Of a DNA stretch of 64,000 nucleotides, positions 44,430-52,522 are shown piece by piece; positions within the stretch are counted from its first letter, which is position 1, and every line of letters begins with the position of its first letter. The notes below the pieces were generated by a model. The model had not been told where the DNA came from. It was given only the letters and a program-made list of their open reading frames with translations, and made no database searches. This DNA comes from Gammaproteobacteria bacterium. GTDB taxonomy: Bacteria > Pseudomonadota > Gammaproteobacteria > SZUA-152. Location of the stretch: contig JAKISS010000001.1 of assembly GCA_021648485.1 (NCBI GenBank), forward strand, positions 2,650-66,649. Direction: 5' to 3'. Both the position numbers and the translations under genes were made by a program.

Positions 44430-45929
44430 ATGAACAAACAAACTGTGATGGTCGCAATACTGGTTGCATTGGCCGTGGGTGGCGGTGGTGGATACTGGTT
44501 TGCATCACGTATGGCTCCTGATGCCATGAGCACGGCTGGCGATGCCAAACAGGAACGCAAAGCCCTGTTTTATCGAAATCCTATGAACCCGGCCATTACG
44601 TCTCCGGTGCCTGCGCAGGACGAGATGGGTATGGATTATATTCCGGTTTATGCGGACGACAATACACCCAAAGAGCGCAAGGCACTGTTTTACCGGAATC
44701 CCATGAACCCGGCTATTACCTCACCAGTACCCGCTCAGGATGAAATGGGCATGGATTATATTCCGGTTTATGCGGACGAGGACAATGCCGGAGATGCTCC
44801 CGCAGGTACGGTGAAAATTGATCCGGTTACTGTACAAAACATTGGTGTGCGTACGGCCATCGTAGAGCAACGTACCCTGAGTCGGCATATTCGTGCAGTG
44901 GGTCGGGTTGCGTACAACGAGGAACGTTTATCCCGTCTGCATCCTAAGACTGAGGGTTGGATCAAAGAGCTGCGCATTGACAAAACGGGTTCACCGGTCA
45001 AAAAAAATGACATCCTGTTAAGTATTTATGCGCCGCAACTGGTTGCCAGCCAGGAAGAATATCTGTTGGCAATGAAAAGCAAACAGATTTTGGCAGACAG
45101 TCCTTTCGACGATATTCGTCAGGGAGCCATTGATCTGGAGAAAACGGCACGGGAACGTTTGGAATTGCTGGATATGGCTGAGCACCAGATTCGAGAGTTG
45201 GAGCGCACGCACGAGATAAAAAAGTATCTGCATATTCATTCACCTTTTAACGGAATCGCAATAAAAATTGGAGCCCGTGAGGGACAGTACGTTACCCCCA
45301 AAACAGAATTATATATGTTGGCCGACCTGTCCAAAATATGGGTGTATGTTGATATTTACGAATATGAATTGCCCTGGATTACGGTGGGTGATCAGGTCGA
45401 GATGGAATTAACGGGTGTGCCTGGCAGAGTTTTCACAGGCCGTCTTGCCTATATTTATCCCTATGCAGAGGCCAGAACCCGCACGATCAGAGTGCGTCTG
45501 GTTTTTGATAACAAAGAGTTGTTGTTGAAACCCGATATGTTTGCCGAGGTCAGCATTGCCGCGAGTCGGCAGATTGCTGCCGTAGTGGTGCCCGCCGAAG
45601 CTGTGGTGCGCTCAGGGACTCGTGAACAGGTATTCGTGGTGCGCGGTGCCGGAAAATTTGAACCGCGTGAAGTCAAAATCGGTATCACTACCAGCGGTGT
45701 CACCCAGATACTGACCGGTCTGAAGGTTGGTGAAGAAGTAGTGACCTCCTCCCAGTTCCTTATTGATTCAGAGTCCAAGTTGCGTGAAGCGACCGCGAAA
45801 ATGATGGAGATACTGAATGCGGGGCAGGGTGATAACAACTCCGCAAGTGTATTTGATGATATGTCTATGGATGATATGTCTATGGATGATATGTCTATGG
45901 ATGATATGTCGCCGGAAAAAGCAAAATAG
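44430..45929 (+). CDS. cusB: RND periplasmic adaptor (CusB-like) with duplicated N-terminal tri-Met module and C-terminal (DDMSM)n tail
   Basis: Membrane-fusion-protein core (a 'barrel-sandwich' region 'VKKNDILLSIYAPQLV...', and a beta-barrel 'VPAEAVVRSGTREQVFV'). Positioned between the OMF and the RND pump. Confidence 0.85.
   Translation: MNKQTVMVAILVALAVGGGGGYWFASRMAPDAMSTAGDAKQERKALFYRNPMNPAITSPVPAQDEMGMDYIPVYADDNTPKERKALFYRNPMNPAITSPVPAQDEMGMDYIPVYADEDNAGDAPAGTVKIDPVTVQNIGVRTAIVEQRTLSRHIRAVGRVAYNEERLSRLHPKTEGWIKELRIDKTGSPVKKNDILLSIYAPQLVASQEEYLLAMKSKQILADSPFDDIRQGAIDLEKTARERLELLDMAEHQIRELERTHEIKKYLHIHSPFNGIAIKIGAREGQYVTPKTELYMLADLSKIWVYVDIYEYELPWITVGDQVEMELTGVPGRVFTGRLAYIYPYAEARTRTIRVRLVFDNKELLLKPDMFAEVSIAASRQIAAVVVPAEAVVRSGTREQVFVVRGAGKFEPREVKIGITTSGVTQILTGLKVGEEVVTSSQFLIDSESKLREATAKMMEILNAGQGDNNSASVFDDMSMDDMSMDDMSMDDMSPEKAK
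44553..44792 (+). repeat. 120-bp (40-codon) tandem duplication inside cusB-like gene
   Basis: Both copies encode an identical 35-aa 'ERKALFYRNPMNPAITSPVPAQDEMGMDYIPVYAD'. The DNA differs at 16 third-codon positions. Confidence 0.95.
45855..45910 (+). repeat. perfect 15-bp tandem repeat x3.7 (GATGATATGTCTATG) encoding (DDMSM)n
   Basis: Read directly. It lies at the extreme 3' end of the cusB-like gene. Confidence 0.95.
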
Positions 45930-45935
45930 GGGCAC

Positions 45936-48900
45936 ATGATGATTCAAAATATTATTAACGCCTCGTTGCGTGATAAATTCCTGGTACTGATTGCCACAGC
46001 ATTAATCGTCGTGGCCGGTATATTTGCCGTCAAAAACACACCACTGGATGCCATTCCGGATCTTTCTGATGTGCAGGTTATTGTCTTTACCGAATACCCG
46101 GGACAGTCACCGCAGGTTGTGGAAGATCAGGTGACCTATCCCTTGACCACAGCAATGCTGGCGGTACCCTCTGCCAAAGTGGTGCGTGGTTATTCTTTCT
46201 TTGGTTTTTCCTTTGTCTACATTATTTTTGAAGACGGTACTGATATGTACTGGGCCCGTTCGCGGGTGCTGGAGTATCTAAACTATGTTAGCTCCCGGTT
46301 ACCTGCCGGACTATCGCCTTCGCTGGGGCCGGATGCTACCGGTGTCGGTTGGATTTACGAATATGCCCTGGTGGATCGCACTGGCAAACATGACCTGGCA
46401 CAACTGCGTTCCTTGCAGGACTGGTATTTACGTTATCCCTTGCAAACAGTACAGGGTGTTTCCGAAGTGGCCTCGGTAGGCGGTTATGTCAAACAATATC
46501 AGGTGGAGGTTGACCCCAATGCTTTGTTAGCCTACGGCATTCCGTTGTCCAAAGTAAAATATGCTATTCAGCGTTCCAATAATGATGTAGGTGGCAAACT
46601 GGTAGAGATGGCCGAGACCGAATACATGGTGCGCGGCAAAGGCTACATTCGTTCCATTGCGGACCTGGAAGTTATTCCGGTGGGCGTTGATGCCAATGGC
46701 ACACCCATACGCCTGATGGATGTGGCGAACATCCAGATTGGTCCCGAATTACGGCGTGGTGTGGCAGAGCTTAATGGCGAAGGTGAAGTCGTCGGTGGCG
46801 TGGTGATTATGCGCTTCGGCGAAAATGCCTTGGCCACCATCGAACGGGTACGTGAAAAGCTGGAAGAACTGAAAAGCGGTTTGCCGGAAGGCGTAGAGAT
46901 TGTGCCGGTCTATGACCGTGGCGACCTCATCGAACGCGCAGTGAATAACCTGGCTGAGAAACTCATCGAAGAATCCATTGTAGTGAGTCTTATCTGCATC
47001 TTGTTTTTGTTGCATGTCCGTTCGGCGCTGGTGGCTGTTATTAGCTTGCCTGTAGGGATTCTAATGGCGTTTATCATCATGAAATGGCAAGGCATTAATG
47101 CCAACATCATGTCGCTCGGTGGTATTGCCATCGCCATCGGAGCCATGGTGGATGGTGCCATTGTGATGATTGAAAATGCCCATAAACACCTGGAACACGC
47201 AGGTAATAAAAAGGGCCGTGAACTGACCCTGCCCGAACGCTGGGAAGCGGTGGCCTCGGCCTCACGCGAAGTGGGCCCCGCGTTGTTTTTCTCACTATTG
47301 ATTATCACCGTATCCTTCCTGCCGGTATTTACGCTTCAAGCCCAGGAAGGGCGTTTGTTCGCACCGCTGGCGTTCACCAAAACCTATGCCATGGCAGCAG
47401 CAGCCATTCTTGCGATTACTCTGGTGCCGGTATTAATGGGCTATTTTATTCGCGGCAGGATCATGCCCGAAGCCAAAAACCCGGTGAATCGTTTTCTGCA
47501 TGCCATTCATTCGCCGACACTGAAAAGTGCCATTCAGTGGCGTTGGTTGACGCTGTTTGTGGCGGGAACATTGTTACTGGTAACGGCCTGGCCGGTGAAC
47601 AAACTTGGCAGTGAATTCATGCCGCCGCTGGATGAAGGTGACATCCTGTACATGCCCACCACCTATCCGGGATTGTCGATTACCAAGGCCAAGGAAATTT
47701 TGCAACAGACAGACAAAATCCTCTACACCTTTCCGGAAGTGCATCAGGTTTTCGGCAAAGCGGGGCGTGCTGAAACGGCTACCGACCCGGCACCGCTGGC
47801 GATGCTCGAAACCACCGTACGACTAAAGCCTCGGTCTGACTGGCCGAACCCGGACAAGACCACCAAGGAACTGATGGCCGAAATGGATGCCGCGATCAAA
47901 TTCCCTGGTGTCGCCAATGCCTGGACCATGCCGATCAAGACCCGCATTGACATGTTGTCCACGGGTATCAAAACACCGGTTGGTATCAAAGTCAGCGGAC
48001 CGGACCTCAACGTACTGGAAGAGGTGGCAGGTAATATTGAACGGGCGCTAAAAACCATGCCGGATACATTGTCCGCCTTTGGAGACAAAGCAGCGGGCGG
48101 TTATTACCTGGACTTTGATATCGACCGTGTTGCGGCGTCGCGTTACGGTCTTACTGTGGGTGACGTGCAGGACATTATTCAAAGTGCCATCGGTGGTATG
48201 AACGTCACGCAAACGGTAGAAGGACTGGAGCGTTATCCCGTTAATGTGCGTTATCCGCGTGAGCTGCGTGACAACATGGAACAGTTAAAGCGGGTATTGA
48301 TTCCCACACCCACGGGAACGCAGATTCCACTGGCGCTAGTGGCCGAATTGATATTACGACGCGGGCCACCTGCCATCAAAAGTGAAAACTCACGACCCAA
48401 TGCCTGGGTTTATGTGGACATCAAGACTTCGGATATTGGTGGTTATGTGGCCGATGCCAAAGAGGTGTTGAAAGCCCAGGTGAAAATTCCGGCGGGTTAC
48501 ACTCTGGTATGGTCCGGGCAGTTTGAGTACATGGAACGTGCTGCTGAACGTCTGCGTATCGTGGTGCCAGTGACACTGCTGGTGATCTTCTTGTTGTTGT
48601 ATCTCAACTTTCGCAACGTTTCGGAACCGTTGGTGGTTATGCTTTCCATTCCCTTCGGACTGATTGGTGGTTTTTGGCTGATTTACTGGCTGGGTTTCAA
48701 TATGTCAGTGGCGGTGGCAGTGGGCTTCATTGCCCTGGCGGGTGTAGCAGCGGAAATCGGCGTGCTGGTATTAACCTTTATTGATCATGAAATCGCGCGC
48801 CGCCGTCGCGACAAAGGAGCAGCGTTGGATGCAAAAGAAATCATGGAGGCAGTACATGCAGGTACCTCGGAACGTGTACGACCGATTGTGATGACGGCTA

Positions 48901-49106
48901 CGGCCATCATCGCCGGTTTGTTGCCCATTATGTGGGGCAGCGGCACGGGTTCCGGTGTCATGCAACGTATTGCTGCACCCATGGTGGGAGGTATGGCCAC
49001 CGTCACTATCCTAAGCCTGCTGGTGCTGCCAGTGATTTATGGTTTGGTTTTGCAGTTTCAGGAACGACAACTGCGACGACAAACTGCAAAAAACAATGTG
49101 GCATGA
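45936..49106 (+). CDS. cusA: heavy-metal efflux RND pump, CusA family (Cu(I)/Ag(I) type)
   Basis: 1056 aa with 12-TM RND topology. The TM4 motif 'AIGAMVDGAIVMIEN' (nt 47133-47177) fits the monovalent-cation HME pattern, and 'NAWTMPIKTRIDMLSTGIKTPVGIKV' is typical of CusA. Confidence 0.9.
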   Translation: MMIQNIINASLRDKFLVLIATALIVVAGIFAVKNTPLDAIPDLSDVQVIVFTEYPGQSPQVVEDQVTYPLTTAMLAVPSAKVVRGYSFFGFSFVYIIFEDGTDMYWARSRVLEYLNYVSSRLPAGLSPSLGPDATGVGWIYEYALVDRTGKHDLAQLRSLQDWYLRYPLQTVQGVSEVASVGGYVKQYQVEVDPNALLAYGIPLSKVKYAIQRSNNDVGGKLVEMAETEYMVRGKGYIRSIADLEVIPVGVDANGTPIRLMDVANIQIGPELRRGVAELNGEGEVVGGVVIMRFGENALATIERVREKLEELKSGLPEGVEIVPVYDRGDLIERAVNNLAEKLIEESIVVSLICILFLLHVRSALVAVISLPVGILMAFIIMKWQGINANIMSLGGIAIAIGAMVDGAIVMIENAHKHLEHAGNKKGRELTLPERWEAVASASREVGPALFFSLLIITVSFLPVFTLQAQEGRLFAPLAFTKTYAMAAAAILAITLVPVLMGYFIRGRIMPEAKNPVNRFLHAIHSPTLKSAIQWRWLTLFVAGTLLLVTAWPVNKLGSEFMPPLDEGDILYMPTTYPGLSITKAKEILQQTDKILYTFPEVHQVFGKAGRAETATDPAPLAMLETTVRLKPRSDWPNPDKTTKELMAEMDAAIKFPGVANAWTMPIKTRIDMLSTGIKTPVGIKVSGPDLNVLEEVAGNIERALKTMPDTLSAFGDKAAGGYYLDFDIDRVAASRYGLTVGDVQDIIQSAIGGMNVTQTVEGLERYPVNVRYPRELRDNMEQLKRVLIPTPTGTQIPLALVAELILRRGPPAIKSENSRPNAWVYVDIKTSDIGGYVADAKEVLKAQVKIPAGYTLVWSGQFEYMERAAERLRIVVPVTLLVIFLLLYLNFRNVSEPLVVMLSIPFGLIGGFWLIYWLGFNMSVAVAVGFIALAGVAAEIGVLVLTFIDHEIARRRRDKGAALDAKEIMEAVHAGTSERVRPIVMTATAIIAGLLPIMWGSGTGSGVMQRIAAPMVGGMATVTILSLLVLPVIYGLVLQFQERQLRRQTAKNNVA

Positions 49107-49272
49107 ATGTCCCACATAATTGTAATTAAGCGGTTTTATTCCTCTCCTCTTGATGAGGGGGAAACTGGGAGGAAGGATGATATTACCGAACCTGATTCAA
49201 GCCTTCCCCCAACTCTTTGAAGTATATAAAAAGACGGAATATTAATATTACATATCAACAGGAGAATGAAAG

Positions 49273-49782
49273 ATGAAAAAATTAACACTGATTTCGGTTA
49301 TTACCACTTTGCTGGTTTCCATGAGTGCTGTTGTTCAGGCATCGGAAGGTCACGACCATGGCCATGATGACGGTCACAGCAACATGAGTGGAATGAAACA
49401 TGATGATCATCATGATGGTCATAGCTCTGCGGGTCATGATGAAAAGGGCATGCCACACAAAAAGGGCGAGATGTTTCTGGTGAAAAAAGAAGTTGATGGT
49501 TACGATGTCAGCTTCCACATCATGAAAGCCAAAGCCGGTAAGGAAATGGGAGGCAGTCATGACTTTATGATCAAAGTGGAAAAAAATGGCAAGGCACTGG
49601 ACAATATCACCATGAATACCAAAGTAGTGCATCCTAATGGCAAAGAAGAAAGTAAAAAAGTCATGAAAATGGGTGACTGGTATATGGCAGGCTATGACCT
49701 TGGGCATGAAGGAAAACATCAGATGATGATTCTTTTTAAAACCAAAGATGGTCAAAAACATAAAGCCGGAATTTATTATTAA
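49273..49782 (+). CDS. secreted His-rich metal-binding protein
   Basis: Signal peptide, 'SEGHDHGHDDGHSNMSGMKHDDHHDGHSSAGHDEKGMPH', then a ~110-aa beta-rich domain. SD 'AGGAGAA' upstream. Confidence 0.65.
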   Translation: MKKLTLISVITTLLVSMSAVVQASEGHDHGHDDGHSNMSGMKHDDHHDGHSSAGHDEKGMPHKKGEMFLVKKEVDGYDVSFHIMKAKAGKEMGGSHDFMIKVEKNGKALDNITMNTKVVHPNGKEESKKVMKMGDWYMAGYDLGHEGKHQMMILFKTKDGQKHKAGIYY

Positions 49783-49855
49783 GCAAATAATTACATGAGT
49801 GCCAGGCAGCTCAGTTTTTGCGCTGCCTGATACCCTGTATTTTCAGGAGCAGTCC

Positions 49856-50182
49856 ATGAACTTTAAAAAAGTAACAGCGATTATCCGTTGTGAATCCTGT
49901 GAAAAAGTTGAGCAAAAATTACAAAAGCTCGGTGTGCATGGTTTCAGTATCAGCAAAGTAAAAGGTTATGGTGAATATGCTGACCTTTACAGCAATGACT
50001 GGCTGGTGAGTCATGCACGCATTGAGATATTTACTGAAGCCTCCAAGGCGGAAGAAATTGCTGAAGCCATTATGGAGGCCGCACATGTTGGCCTGGAAGG
50101 TGATGGCATTATTGCAGTGTTGCCGGTTGAAAAACTGTTTCGGATTCGTACCCGTAGTGAGTTTAAGCCTGGTGATGCGTGA
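49856..50182 (+). CDS. P-II (GlnB)-like signal-transduction protein with divergent T-loop
   Basis: 'VTAIIR', 'GVHGFSISKVKGYGE' and 'GDGIIAVLPVEKLFRIRT' align with the PII fold. The T-loop region is altered. SD 'AGGAG' before the ATG at 49856. Confidence 0.7.
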   Translation: MNFKKVTAIIRCESCEKVEQKLQKLGVHGFSISKVKGYGEYADLYSNDWLVSHARIEIFTEASKAEEIAEAIMEAAHVGLEGDGIIAVLPVEKLFRIRTRSEFKPGDA

Positions 50183-50775
50183 TATTCGTCGATACTGGAA
50201 TATGCCTGAGTGTATAAATATGACTTAATGAGTTGTTTGCCGGAATAAAGCCAAACTATTTTCCACCAATTGACATATAAAAAATCAGAGTTGCGGCGGC
50301 TGGTCCATTTTTATGCGGGATATATTCAATGCCATATTCCACGTTATCATTGTATATTATTTGATCTATAGGTAATCCAACCGAAAGAAGGAGCTCAAAT
50401 ATACTTGTATAATGCGAATATCTTTTCTTTGATTAACCCCATTGATACCTACAGTACAGATTGTACTATCCCTGTTATCATTGCATTTTCTTAACGTAGA
50501 AAGATGGTAATACCTTACTAAAATCGGGAACTACTACCAATAGAAAATTCATTGTGGTTTTGTCATCCGGTGTCGAATGCAAATGCATGACACACCAGCA
50601 GAGGGCGCGCAATTTACCTCGTTTTCACTCGCGAAAAGGTCAGAATGTGATGGCAAAAGCACCTACAGGGTTGTCTTTCTGAGAAAATCATAAACTTGCT
50701 GCCTGAATTGCCGATACAGTACAGACGGGTAGAGAGAGTTGACTACGGAGCATGCTTGCAGCAGAATCGACACCG

Positions 50776-51108
50776 ATGCGAAAATTTCTGATCTCCATAT
50801 TAGTACTGATGAGCCTGTGCTCCGGGTCGGCCTTTGCCTGGGATAAACACCCTGCATCGATGTCGAACCATGGGGTGGCTGTTGCTATGGATATGGTTGC
50901 TGACCTGGATCATGATCATTCCGGTGGTTTCTCTCAAAACGGGTCGTATCCTGATGACCATTGTGGCCATGGCGCGGCACATCTGGTGGGCATCTTTTAT
51001 GACGCTTCGTTGAAAGCGCTGAATATCGACCACAGCTACCGCGCTGTTGCGATGGTTTCTTTTCCTTCCCTGTATATTTCTCCGCTACTCCGACCTCCTA
51101 TCGTTTAA
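50776..51108 (+). CDS. small secreted His-rich protein with 'LY..LLRPP' tail (CzcI/DUF2946-like), leader of the Czc-like operon
   Basis: Signal peptide 'MRKFLISILVLMSLCSGSAFA', 'DLDHDHSGG...DDHCGHGAAH', and the tail 'FPSLYISPLLRPPIV'. Confidence 0.55.
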   Translation: MRKFLISILVLMSLCSGSAFAWDKHPASMSNHGVAVAMDMVADLDHDHSGGFSQNGSYPDDHCGHGAAHLVGIFYDASLKALNIDHSYRAVAMVSFPSLYISPLLRPPIV

Positions 51109-51193
51109 TCCTTTTTGTCTTTTTTTCGTGCGCAGCTGTGCTTGTTGCGGTGGTGCGTGCTTTTTTGTAAAAGATTTTTGAAGGATTATTCTC

Positions 51194-52522
51194 ATGTTGT
51201 TAACACGTATTTTTTATGCGGGTGTTTGCATTTATTGGCTGTTACCTATGGCTGCCGTGGCCGATGTCAGCACTTCTACCGGTGTTAGTCGTACCATTAC
51301 TGGCACTACAGGGGCGGATAAAATCGATCCGGCACTGCCTGCATTTATCAAACAGGTCTGGGCAGAAAGTCCCGCTGTGCAAGGGGCTCAGGCGGCAGTA
51401 GAAGCTGCACGGGCTCGTCGCGATGGGGCAGACAGGCCGTTGCACAATCCGTCACTGGGGCTGGATGCTGAGCGTACCGATATCAATACCAGCACCATTG
51501 GTTTGACCCAAACGCTGGACTGGAGTGACAAGCGAGGTGCGTTGGTCAATATTGCCAAACAGGAAGAGCAAGCCGTTCAGGCTGCCTTTCAGGAAGTCCG
51601 GCGCAGTACGGCACTGGAAGCGCTCAATGCGTTAGTGGATTTTTCCACGGCGCGTGAAATGCAGAAACTGGCGAAGCATCGCATGCAATTGATGCAGACG
51701 CTGGTGGACACGGCAACACAACGCCAGGCCGCAGGTGATATGCAGGCGCTGGATATGATATTGGCTCAGGTGGCGTACAGCGAGGCATTGATGACGCAGG
51801 CGGAGGCTGAAAGCGCATTGAGTGAAGCTGAGACGGCCTTGCAGGCTGTCAGTGGTTTGATGCAATCGCGGTCACAATCGTCATTACAATGGCCGTCATT
51901 GCCCGGTGCGCTCGCGTTACCTTCCGCACAACAAACCGAAAGCACGGCATTTGAAACCCTGCCAAGGCTGGCCATGTTGCGTAGCCGTGTGGAAGCGGCC
52001 AGGGCGCGAGTCAGTCTGGCACAGAAAACAGGACGTATTGATCCGACGCTCGGTATCCGGGCCGGTAAGGAAGACAGTGCAACATTGTTGGGACTGAGTT
52101 TGGAAATCCCGCTTTTTGTGCGCAACAGCTTCAAGGCAGAGGCGCGTGCTGCTTCTCATGAGGCCATCGTTGAAGAGCAGGCGTACCGTGATGCTTATCG
52201 ACGCGCCAGGGCTTATTTTGCCGGTGCGCTTGCCCGTTATCAAAATACCAGTCGTGCCTGGAGCGTCTGGTTGGCGGCAGGTCAACATGCCCAGCGTGAG
52301 CAAATGAGTTTGCTGAATCAACTGTGGCAGGTGGGTGAATTAAGTGTCACGGAGTATCTCATTCAGGCCAAACAAAATATCGATACACAAGAGGCTGCAA
52401 CCCGTTTGCTGGGTGAGGCCCGGCAGGCGCATTTCGCCTGGCTGGCGGCGTCCAATCAGGTTGAACACTGGTTGGGCCTGGCACAGCACGATATCGAAAC
52501 GAATTCCGGAGAATCAAAATGA
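51194..52522 (+). CDS. czcC: TolC-family outer-membrane efflux protein (CzcC-like)
   Basis: Signal peptide and two OEP repeats. Overlaps the adaptor gene by 4 nt. Confidence 0.8.
   Translation: MLLTRIFYAGVCIYWLLPMAAVADVSTSTGVSRTITGTTGADKIDPALPAFIKQVWAESPAVQGAQAAVEAARARRDGADRPLHNPSLGLDAERTDINTSTIGLTQTLDWSDKRGALVNIAKQEEQAVQAAFQEVRRSTALEALNALVDFSTAREMQKLAKHRMQLMQTLVDTATQRQAAGDMQALDMILAQVAYSEALMTQAEAESALSEAETALQAVSGLMQSRSQSSLQWPSLPGALALPSAQQTESTAFETLPRLAMLRSRVEAARARVSLAQKTGRIDPTLGIRAGKEDSATLLGLSLEIPLFVRNSFKAEARAASHEAIVEEQAYRDAYRRARAYFAGALARYQNTSRAWSVWLAAGQHAQREQMSLLNQLWQVGELSVTEYLIQAKQNIDTQEAATRLLGEARQAHFAWLAASNQVEHWLGLAQHDIETNSGESK

Noticed and set aside
50256-50429. 57-codon open frame on the minus strand ending '...GLPIDQIIYNDNVEYGIEYIPHKNGPAAATLIFYMSIGGK*' in the AT-rich gap between the two efflux operons.
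   Set aside because: It has no start codon or RBS and is bounded upstream by a stop. I cannot recognise the family. It is possibly a gene remnant, but the evidence is too weak for a feature.
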